From the IMG/VR virus record IMGVR_UViG_3300032303_000410, positions 1-36,403 of that record: a stretch of 36,403 bases of DNA; one strand, 5' to 3'. The notes under the pieces are model-generated. The model worked only from the letters and a program-made list of their open reading frames with translations. It was not told where the DNA came from and did not search any database. The stretch comes from a virus. Its lineage: Duplodnaviria; Caudoviricetes. Position numbers and translations under genes: made by a program. Positions 1 to 7,103 of the stretch are shown piece by piece (position 1 is the stretch's first letter; every line of letters begins with the position of its first letter).

Positions 1-387
1 AATTGCTGTTGTCTTTGTGTAGACATAAAATGTTGCTGTTGTTCCTGTACCAGTTGCAACTGTCAAAGATGAAGATCCTGATGTTGCTCCTACTGGTGCA
101 GCAGTTGTGTGTAGTGCAGACACGATTGTTGCGTTTGTTGCTGCAACTGTTACGCTTGTTCCAACATCAACTGTTGCAACAAACTTTAGTGCGTCAGCAG
201 CGTCAACTGTGTTGTCTGCTGGTACTGGTAATGATGCAGGAGTTGCGATTGTTGATGCTGTAGTATTTGCTACAGAATCAAGAGATACAGCTACTGTCAT
301 TACAGCAGCACTTGCAGGTGTTGCTACCATTGTGCCCAAAGTCATGGCTGCAACCATGGCTAGTGCGATTTTCTTGAATGAATTCAT
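1..387 (-). CDS. Secreted/surface Ala-Thr-Val-rich protein with Sec signal peptide (3' end runs off the window)
   Basis: Not in the ORF track. Hand translation from ATG 387: MNSFKKIALAMVAAMTLGTMVATPASA-AVMTVAVSLDSVANTTASTIATPASLPVPADNTVDAADALKFVATV..., open to position 1. Basic N-region, hydrophobic core, A-S-A cleavage motif; SD AAGGAG upstream. Confidence 0.85.
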   Translation of the reverse strand, partial: MNSFKKIALAMVAAMTLGTMVATPASAAVMTVAVSLDSVANTTASTIATPASLPVPADNTVDAADALKFVATVDVGTSVTVAATNATIVSALHTTAAPVGATSGSSSLTVATGTGTTATFYVYTKTTAI

Positions 388-403
388 TCGTTCGTTCTCC
401 TTG

Positions 404-2176
404 TTATATTAGTTTTAGATTGTCAAGAAAGCTCTTGACGTCTTGAGGCATTTGCCTGTCTTCCAATTCTACCATAGCCCTCTGCTGTCTTGCAACTTTA
501 TCAGCAGAACCCCAGGTATGAATGTCTATTTCAACATTCATTTCCTTTGGAGTATGAGAGATGGCTCCAAATACTGCCCCACAAACAGCATCTGCTAAGT
601 CCTTAGACTTCTTTCTAGGGTGATCTACACGATTACCCTTCATGATCTTTAGCTCTGACATTTCTTCCAGAAGCAAGGGAATCATGGGCATAGCAACACG
701 CTCTTCATAGATCATCATTGCTAAATCTTCATAGTGTTTTTTGGCAACAGAAACAGTCTCAGTTCTTATACCAACCTGCTTTAATTCATTTTGAATATCA
801 AATGACTGCCAACGGTCAAATGAAACCATTCCAATATTAAAACCTTGTCTTCTAAGGTTTTGAATCCATTGTTTTACTTGAGACAAGTCAACAGGTCCTT
901 CTGACTTTGGCTCCCACCATGCTACTGCATCTACTACTACAATTGGTGCTACTTGTTCATAATCTTTAATTACCTGGATATTTACCCACTTATCTACGTG
1001 AGCAATAGCAACTGCACACTTATCGTGCTTTTGTGCAAGGTCAGCATGAACATAATAAATCTTGTCTGGGTCTGGTGCAAAGTTTTCTGCAAACCTTCTA
1101 AAACTATCTACAGGGTTTGTCAATGTCATACAGTTAATAAGTTTATCTTTTTGCTTAAAGAAAGCATCTGATGAGTATGTTGGTGTACATAGAAAACGCA
1201 TCATTGCATCTCCCAAGTCTGTTAAGAATGCAATCTTAAAGTCATCAATCTTTCTTGTAGGATTAACATCCCATGTTGGACGCTTTAGTGCAAATATTTT
1301 AGGAATCTTATATGAAAGTATATGGTCTTCCTCCCATGATATCTCAAAGTTATTGTCTGGGTTATCGTGTGGCAAGTCTTCATTAATAATAAACTTATGT
1401 GTCTTTTCTACTACTTCTTTGTCAGCAATTACTGAATCATACCTTTGAGAAATAAAGTCACCCTGATAGCGGGGGAATGAAAGAAGAACAACCTTTCCAA
1501 GATCTGGAAAACGAGAATCTACAGTACCACGGAAAGCTTTATAGATGTTATCAGCAGTCTTACCTTGCTCATTACCTGTTGCTACCTCTGATGCAAAGCC
1601 AGAAATCTCATCAAGGACTGCCATAAACAAGTTCAAACCTTCATGTGACTCACGTTCTGAGTGGCCAGAGTAAACAGTAATTGATTTATCAAACTCAATT
1701 GAGTCTGCCTTTGGATTATACTTTCCTGCAAACCATGGTGATCTTTCAATCTTTGTTTTAAATCCTTTAAAGAAAACATTCTTTGCTTGTTGTGCGTTAA
1801 CAGCAACGTTAATAATATCAATAGCATCTCCAGCAGGCTTTCCATAATAAATAGCAGGGTCTTTAAGACAAAGCATCTTATATACTACATATGCACATGC
1901 TACTGTTGATACGAAGTCTTTTCCAGATCCCTTGCCAAGTTGCAGAATAAGTTCATTTTTTGTGTATTTCTTGTAGTATTCTTCGCCAGCATCACCCATA
2001 ATATCAATAACATCTTCTTTACGATAGATCTGGCTCATAGCCTCAACAATTGTATACTGGATGTCAGACAAGGGTGGTTGTCCAAGATAGTCTGGAGACT
2101 CAACAAATGTTTTTGCGTCAACAGGCTTCTCAACAAAATGATTCTCTTTTAGAACTTCAAAGAAATCATTGAACAT
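404..2176 (-). CDS. terL: Terminase large subunit
   Basis: Walker A LGKGSGKD, Walker B AVLDE, RNase H-like nuclease motifs HADLA and SKDLADA. ATG 2176 preferred over TTG 2185. Confidence 0.92.
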   Translation of the reverse strand: MFNDFFEVLKENHFVEKPVDAKTFVESPDYLGQPPLSDIQYTIVEAMSQIYRKEDVIDIMGDAGEEYYKKYTKNELILQLGKGSGKDFVSTVACAYVVYKMLCLKDPAIYYGKPAGDAIDIINVAVNAQQAKNVFFKGFKTKIERSPWFAGKYNPKADSIEFDKSITVYSGHSERESHEGLNLFMAVLDEISGFASEVATGNEQGKTADNIYKAFRGTVDSRFPDLGKVVLLSFPRYQGDFISQRYDSVIADKEVVEKTHKFIINEDLPHDNPDNNFEISWEEDHILSYKIPKIFALKRPTWDVNPTRKIDDFKIAFLTDLGDAMMRFLCTPTYSSDAFFKQKDKLINCMTLTNPVDSFRRFAENFAPDPDKIYYVHADLAQKHDKCAVAIAHVDKWVNIQVIKDYEQVAPIVVVDAVAWWEPKSEGPVDLSQVKQWIQNLRRQGFNIGMVSFDRWQSFDIQNELKQVGIRTETVSVAKKHYEDLAMMIYEERVAMPMIPLLLEEMSELKIMKGNRVDHPRKKSKDLADAVCGAVFGAISHTPKEMNVEIDIHTWGSADKVARQQRAMVELEDRQMPQDVKSFLDNLKLI

Positions 2177-2702
2177 CGTGGACAACTGTAATCACTTCTC
2201 CTTCTTTTGCAATAGCAGATAAGCGTTGCATAATGATATCTCTTACCTCTGGGTGCTCAGATGCAATATCTCTAAGTATTCCAACAAGAACTTCTTGACG
2301 GCGTTCAATCTCAACCATCTCTTCTGCAAGTTCTTTATTCTCAAGTAGGCCAGCTTTTTGTAACATGTCAATACGCTTAGACTCAATATCCATTACAAGT
2401 TTAATTGCACCAGTCTTTGCACTAAGGTTATTAGTCATAGATGCTTCATCAATAACTTCATATGACTTTAGAATAAGCTTGCTATAGTGTGCATCAGCAC
2501 CAGCAAGTGCATCTTTAGCACGAGCACGGATTGCTGTATTGTTTGAAGTCTTTTCTTTCCACTCATCAATGTAAGCAACTACACGAGTTCGTGGAATTGC
2601 TAACTCTTTGGAAATTGTAGTTGGATCGCTACCCTTAAGGTATTCTCCAACAACATCATTCATTATATCAAGATGCTTTACTAATTCTTCTTCAGTTGAC
2701 AT
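2166..2702 (-). CDS. Probable terminase small subunit (N-terminal HTH, helical body)
   Basis: 178 aa, directly upstream of and overlapping terL; HTH-like PTTISKELAIPRTRVVAYI followed by long helices. Confidence 0.6.
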   Translation of the reverse strand: MSTEEELVKHLDIMNDVVGEYLKGSDPTTISKELAIPRTRVVAYIDEWKEKTSNNTAIRARAKDALAGADAHYSKLILKSYEVIDEASMTNNLSAKTGAIKLVMDIESKRIDMLQKAGLLENKELAEEMVEIERRQEVLVGILRDIASEHPEVRDIIMQRLSAIAKEGEVITVVHDVQ

Positions 2703-2934
2703 ATTTGCCTTCTAGTCTATTAATTTCATCTTTGATATAGAAAATTGCTTTTTCTAAATCTTGAATGGTTTTAGATTCATCTTTTAGTCCTGCTCTCCAA
2801 AGGTACTTGAAAGCATTACCAATATTAAAATTGCGGTGACGAGTAATTTCTATGCACTCTACTCCAGAAGGATCTGTAGTGTAATGTCGTGGATGGTTTA
2901 CTTGGTCAACGGTAATGTTTAGGTTGTCACTCAT
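2692..2934 (-). CDS. DUF3310-family protein (T7 gp1.7/SaV-like, putative nucleotide kinase)
   Basis: Family pattern VNHPRHY...ECIEI...GNAFKYLWRAGLK...DLEKAIFYI. Confidence 0.85.
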   Translation of the reverse strand: MSDNLNITVDQVNHPRHYTTDPSGVECIEITRHRNFNIGNAFKYLWRAGLKDESKTIQDLEKAIFYIKDEINRLEGKYVN

Positions 2935-3074
2935 TTAGTTACCTCAACATTTAATCTTTTAGAGCATATCAAGCATGTTGTATATGTATTGCCAGTAAAT
3001 GGGCATGAAGATATTGAAAAGTCTTTGTGCTTGCAAAAAGCTTGAGCAAACAAAGATTTAAAATAATTAATCAT
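2931..3074 (-). CDS. Small Cys-rich hypothetical protein (47 aa)
   Basis: Hand translation MINYFKSLFAQAFCKHKDFSISSCPFTGNTYTTCLICSKRLNVEVTK*. TGA overlaps the next ATG (ATGA). In-frame alternative ATGs at 3083 and 3086. Confidence 0.7.
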   Translation of the reverse strand: MINYFKSLFAQAFCKHKDFSISSCPFTGNTYTTCLICSKRLNVEVTK

Positions 3075-3195
3075 CTTCTTCATCATCTTCCCAGTCAAAT
3101 ACTTCAGGCAAACCTTTTAATGCTGTGACAACATAAGTTAGTCCAACAGCACCAGCAACACCCAAACCAATAGCAATCTTCTGTATTTTGTTCAT
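3067..3195 (-). CDS. Small single-pass membrane protein with acidic tail (42 aa)
   Basis: Hand translation MNKIQKIAIGLGVAGAVGLTYVVTALKGLPEVFDWEDDEEDD*; ATGA overlap with the upstream ORF. Confidence 0.7.
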   Translation of the reverse strand: MNKIQKIAIGLGVAGAVGLTYVVTALKGLPEVFDWEDDEEDD

Positions 3196-3347
3196 CGTCT
3201 ACTCTTTCTTAGTCCAAATTTAGCTAGATAAACATAGATAGTTTCTACGCTTGCTCCGCACTCTTTTGCAATCTCCTCTGGAGACTTCTTGTCAGTTAAA
3301 AACCTTTTCTTTAACCAAACCTCTGATGTATATAGTTTACCAGCCAT
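3192..3347 (-). CDS. Small helix-turn-helix DNA-binding protein (51 aa)
   Basis: Hand translation MAGKLYTSEVWLRKRFLTDKKSPEEIAKECGASVETIYVYLAKFGLRKSRR*; SPEEIAKECGASVETIYVYL is an HTH pattern. Confidence 0.8.
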   Translation of the reverse strand: MAGKLYTSEVWLKKRFLTDKKSPEEIAKECGASVETIYVYLAKFGLRKSRR

Positions 3348-3362
3348 GATGTTATTTGTCAA
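3334..3362 (-). promoter_or_regulatory. Sigma70-type promoter overlapping the HTH gene start
   Basis: Minus strand TTGACA (3362-3357), 17-nt spacer, TAAACT (3339-3334) with extended -10 TGG. Confidence 0.55.
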
Positions 3363-3948
3363 CCCCTATTGCCTTTGTCCAATTTGATAATGCCCAGTGA
3401 CCAATACCACAAGCATCTGCCACATCATTATCTGTAATAGTTCTATCATAAATAGTGTTAATAAATCTAATAGTACGTTCTTTTCTCAGGTTTCTCTCAT
3501 AACTTTTATACCAAGATACTGACTTACCTGGGTGTTGTGCACGTATTACTAGTTGTTCTTCTTTAGATATCTTCTTATTCCCTGCAAAATTCTGCCAAGT
3601 AATAGGTGATACCTTACCTATAATCTCTGTACCAGACTGTCCTGCTGATCCAAGGATTGCTCCTTGAACCAATGCTAAGTCTGCAGCAGTCTTTGGTGAG
3701 TTCATGAAAACCGTATGCTCAATAATTATTGCTTCAAATCCACCATAAATATCAAAGAAAGCCTTTACTTTTTTACCTGCATCCATAACCTTTTCATAGG
3801 TATCTTTGCCATCAAAGCTTATTTTTCCAATTGTAGTTATATCTTTTTTCTTTGTATTAAATACTGCAAAGGCAAGACTATTAGTGCTAGCGTCAATAGC
3901 ACATATAGAATCAGGCATGATTGGAACACCCCACTTACTCTTGTTCAT
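3352..3948 (-). CDS. ruvC: RuvC-like Holliday junction resolvase
   Basis: AIDASTNSLAFAVF (strand 1 Asp), IIIEH (Glu), DNDVADACGIG (C-terminal Asp pair). ATG 3948. Confidence 0.8.
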   Translation of the reverse strand: MNKSKWGVPIMPDSICAIDASTNSLAFAVFNTKKKDITTIGKISFDGKDTYEKVMDAGKKVKAFFDIYGGFEAIIIEHTVFMNSPKTAADLALVQGAILGSAGQSGTEIIGKVSPITWQNFAGNKKISKEEQLVIRAQHPGKSVSWYKSYERNLRKERTIRFINTIYDRTITDNDVADACGIGHWALSNWTKAIGVDK

Positions 3949-4225
3949 ACTCAAAAAATCCTTTTATCTCTTTTAACATTTTGTCTACAGCTTTTTTACT
4001 AACATTACAATTTGCACAAAACCCAGAGTCATTGTAGATAGAAAGAGAAGTATTGCATCCGCCTAAGCATCTACGGTCCTTCCCCTTCCTCTTTTGTCTA
4101 CGTGTTATCTGGTATCTTTCCTGAATCTTTTCTTTTGTAGCAAGGTCTCTACACTCAAGGCTACAGTAAATTTGATAACTGACCTTTGGTTTAAACCTAT
4201 TATCACATCTGCTACAAAGTTTCAC
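3935..4225 (-). CDS. Cys-rich zinc-binding hypothetical protein
   Basis: CxxC...YCSxxC and CxxxC...CxxC motifs; GTG start. Confidence 0.7.
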   Translation of the reverse strand: MKLCSRCDNRFKPKVSYQIYCSLECRDLATKEKIQERYQITRRQKRKGKDRRCLGGCNTSLSIYNDSGFCANCNVSKKAVDKMLKEIKGFFEYEQE

Positions 4226-4997
4226 TCAGTTCCTTAAGGGATGCTATCTTAACAACACCTACCCCTGCTTCATCACATGCTTTTTTAATTGGACAGTTTT
4301 TACAAACCTTAGAGTTTGATCTATAGTTCTTGGTAGGCATCTCTTTAACTTCCCAAGACTTGCGAACAACTCTCATCCATTCAAAAGCTTCATCAATCCA
4401 TTTACGGTAATGATCATTTACTTCTACTGGAATTACAAGAAGCTCATGGTTGTTTTTATTCTCATAAATAAGAACTCCCTTAGCTTTCTTTAGAATCTTC
4501 ATATAAATAAGTATCTGTACAACGTGACCCATCTTAGGCTTACCTGTACGCTTACGATATTCAAATACTTCATTGTTAGTAGTCTTAACTTCAACAACTA
4601 CTTCTTCGCCTTTCCAATTAATAAAGTTATCTACATAACCAAAAATTGGAGGATCATCATTAAAAATCTTAAACTCTGAGTCAATTGAAAGACCAGAATT
4701 TTTAAATGCTTCTTCAATTCGTCCATGTGCAAGTGTTCCATTGCTCATATTTGCAACTGCATAAGGGTCAGCATTGTCTTCAAATACTGCTCCCTCAAAT
4801 GCAAGGTACCAATATCGTGGACATTCTCCGTGACCATATGCAATAGTAGAAGGACCAAAAGTCTTCTTCTGTGTATGCTTAGGCTCACGCCCTACAAGAT
4901 ATCCTGCCTCAATAGCCTTTACAAGCTCTCTAGCATCAATAGCTGCTGGTGACTCAACCTCTTTAATCATTATTTGCTGTAGTAAATTTTTTGTCAT
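4212..4997 (-). CDS. Cas4-like PD-(D/E)XK exonuclease
   Basis: CPRYWY, GTLAH, GYVD...VEVKT, QILIY and C-terminal CKNCPIKKAC (four-Cys Fe-S staple). Start moved to ATG 4997, which has an SD (AAGGAA) and avoids the overlap with the upstream gene. Confidence 0.82.
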   Translation of the reverse strand: MTKNLLQQIMIKEVESPAAIDARELVKAIEAGYLVGREPKHTQKKTFGPSTIAYGHGECPRYWYLAFEGAVFEDNADPYAVANMSNGTLAHGRIEEAFKNSGLSIDSEFKIFNDDPPIFGYVDNFINWKGEEVVVEVKTTNNEVFEYRKRTGKPKMGHVVQILIYMKILKKAKGVLIYENKNNHELLVIPVEVNDHYRKWIDEAFEWMRVVRKSWEVKEMPTKNYRSNSKVCKNCPIKKACDEAGVGVVKIASLKELSETL

Positions 4998-5017
4998 TAT
5001 ATTCCTTTGTTTATATA

Positions 5018-5026
5018 AGTATACCA
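5018..5026 (-). promoter_or_regulatory. Extended -10 promoter (TGGTATACT)
   Basis: Lies in the short intergenic gap upstream of the Cas4-like gene. Confidence 0.5.
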
Positions 5027-5028
5027 GG

Positions 5029-5337
5029 TTAGCGCATAATGTATTTGAGTGCTGATACCAAGTTGTTGATTGATTCTGCTGCCGTGTAATAAATGTTCTT
5101 TTTTGCCCTGTCATTTTTGTCAACATTAGCCATCCAAGTTGCCTTGAAAGCCATTTTTGCTGCTATTGCTTGAAGCCTGACTATCTCTACTGTTGCCACA
5201 TTAAGTGGAATATCTGGCTTAATAATGATCTTAGCAATGAAGGTTAGCGCTGCCGTTAGCTCTTCATCCTTCATATAGTCTGCTATTTCAGATAATCCAT
5301 CTACCATCTCTATTGTTGTTTGTTGTTGTTCACTCAT
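5029..5337 (-). CDS. Hypothetical helical protein
   Basis: 102-aa ORF with SD GGAG, tightly packed between neighbours. Confidence 0.75.
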   Translation of the reverse strand: MSEQQQTTIEMVDGLSEIADYMKDEELTAALTFIAKIIIKPDIPLNVATVEIVRLQAIAAKMAFKATWMANVDKNDRAKKNIYYTAAESINNLVSALKYIMR

Positions 5338-5620
5338 TTTCTTCTCCTATCAATTGTTCCATTATTTCAAATTCAGTTATCATTAATCTTACCTTTGAGT
5401 TGCCGTCTCCAAGAACTACAAGTATTGCAGGGTCGTTACCATTTCTAATAGCATCTGTTACGGCTTTAGCCCACACATCTTTATTAAGGGTAAAAGATTT
5501 TGAGCACTCTTTAAAATCTACAGTAAAGTTTTTCCAGGTAGCATCTCCCTTATGGGTATTACGTCCTGAATTCTTGTGCTGCTTAGCACCTATTCTTTTA
5601 CTTTCCGCTCTTTCGCTCAA
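5330..5620 (-). CDS. Small PD-(D/E)XK endonuclease (Hjc-like resolvase candidate)
   Basis: E...NSG...KGDA...VDFKE motif order; TTG start. Confidence 0.6.
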   Translation of the reverse strand: MSERAESKRIGAKQHKNSGRNTHKGDATWKNFTVDFKECSKSFTLNKDVWAKAVTDAIRNGNDPAILVVLGDGNSKVRLMITEFEIMEQLIGEENE

Positions 5621-5780
5621 AGTCTTTCCTTGTCATAATAATTGGAACTTTTGATAAATGCTTTTCACTGCACATCCATGTTAGTTCTGCGCTCTCTATC
5701 CAAAGTCTTAAAGATGTAACCTCTTCATTACATTTCTTGCATGGAAACTTTCCTGAAAAAATCTTAAACTTTTCAGACAT
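5598..5780 (-). CDS. Small zinc-ribbon protein
   Basis: CKKC...CSEKH ligands, 60 aa. Confidence 0.65.
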   Translation of the reverse strand: MSEKFKIFSGKFPCKKCNEEVTSLRLWIESAELTWMCSEKHLSKVPIIMTRKDFERKSGK

Positions 5781-6786
5781 TAAGTATCTTATTCTTAATT
5801 GTCTCTTGTAGATCTAGGTCTTCTCTTACTCTATTTACAAAACCATCACGACCTTGAACCTTTGTGCCATCTGGAAGAACATACCATGCACCTGTGCGTT
5901 CTACAATACCCATCATTTCAGCCGTATCAACAAGATCACCAATGCTATCAATACCAACATTATCTCCCCTGAAATAAAAGTCATACTCGCCAGACTGAAA
6001 GCCAGGAGAAGTCTTAGAAAATTGTAGTTCCCAGCGAATCTTACGACCAACCTTTTCTTCAATAAGTTTATCTCCAACATGAATCTTTCCCTTAATTGCT
6101 TGATTGTCTGATTCCGATGAAAATAATTTAATAACAGTAGAAGAATAGAACTTAGTAGCTTGACCACCAGTAGGCTGCTGGCTAGTATACATAGCGCTAA
6201 TATTATTGCGAGATTGACTAATAAGAACAAGCATCGTAGGCTTAACCTTATTATTAGCATAATTAAGCATTTTCCAAGCGTTACTAAAGTCTCTAGACTC
6301 TGCGCCAATCTGCTTGGTATTTTCAAGTTGTTTAAGTTCATCTGAGTCCTTTTCAAAATAAATTGCTGGTAGCAATGACGTAATGGAGTCAATAACTATT
6401 ATATCAACTCCAGCGTGCATTAAGTTAGTTCCAACATCAACCATCTCATTAATTGTGCGACACTGTGAAACAATAAGCTTTGATGAGTCAACACCAAGAC
6501 CTTCTGCCCACTTCTTGTCATATGACATTTCTGCATCAATCCATGCACAGATCTTTCCTTCTTTCTGTGCTAGACCTATCATCTGAAGGCATAGAGAGGA
6601 CTTTGCAGAGGACTTAGAGCCCCATACCAATACCTGACGACCATAAGGTAGTCCACCGTTGAGTGCACGGTTTAAACCAAAACTAGGGGTAGCTGCATAC
6701 TGAGTTGCTGGAATAGTGTCTCCAGCCATCACAGTCTTTCTTAGCTTTGGACTAAGTTGAGCCAATACTTCTTCTACTGTAATCAT
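5773..6786 (-). CDS. recA: RecA/UvsX-like recombinase
   Basis: LNRALNGGLPYGR, Walker A-like GSKSSAKS, WIDAE, IVIDS, SQSR, PTGGQATKFYSS, GAWY. Confidence 0.92.
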   Translation of the reverse strand: MITVEEVLAQLSPKLRKTVMAGDTIPATQYAATPSFGLNRALNGGLPYGRQVLVWGSKSSAKSSLCLQMIGLAQKEGKICAWIDAEMSYDKKWAEGLGVDSSKLIVSQCRTINEMVDVGTNLMHAGVDIIVIDSITSLLPAIYFEKDSDELKQLENTKQIGAESRDFSNAWKMLNYANNKVKPTMLVLISQSRNNISAMYTSQQPTGGQATKFYSSTVIKLFSSESDNQAIKGKIHVGDKLIEEKVGRKIRWELQFSKTSPGFQSGEYDFYFRGDNVGIDSIGDLVDTAEMMGIVERTGAWYVLPDGTKVQGRDGFVNRVREDLDLQETIKNKILNV

Positions 6787-7103
6787 TAGAATCTTACCCC
6801 ATGCTTCTTTGGTCTATCTTGGTTCTTTTCAATCTTTTGTTTAACTGCAGAGTCTAATGATTTAGTTACATACCCTGCTTTTATCATGCCTGCGTAAAGG
6901 TCTAGGGTACGAATTATAATATCTGCAAACTCGTCTGATAATTGATCTGGGTCCATCTCTTTTCTTAACGCTTCCATAGCCTCAACAACTTCAGATACAA
7001 TCATCATCATTTGTTTTGTCACAAATATTTCATCTGCTGGGCGATCCCAAAATCCTTTTTCTATTGCGTTTGCATGTATCTTCTGTGCTAAATCATCAAA
7101 CAC
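6786..7103 (-). CDS. MazG-like all-alpha nucleotide pyrophosphohydrolase
   Basis: EVVEAMEA...EFADII acidic motif; AIEKGFW and K..KN..RP.KHG pattern. GTG 7103 with SD GAGG preferred as start. Confidence 0.8.
   Translation of the reverse strand: MFDDLAQKIHANAIEKGFWDRPADEIFVTKQMMMIVSEVVEAMEALRKEMDPDQLSDEFADIIIRTLDLYAGMIKAGYVTKSLDSAVKQKIEKNQDRPKKHGVRF

Noticed and set aside
3-412. Plus-strand ORFs 3..263 and 107..412
   Set aside because: Antisense shadows of the minus-strand signal-peptide gene at 1-387, which has an SD and a sensible protein sequence.
398-426. TTGACA upstream of the secreted-protein gene as a promoter
   Set aside because: No -10 hexamer at 16-18 nt spacing.
4212-4997. Cas4-like gene as part of a CRISPR-Cas system
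   Set aside because: No repeat-spacer array or other cas genes seen; the context is recombination.
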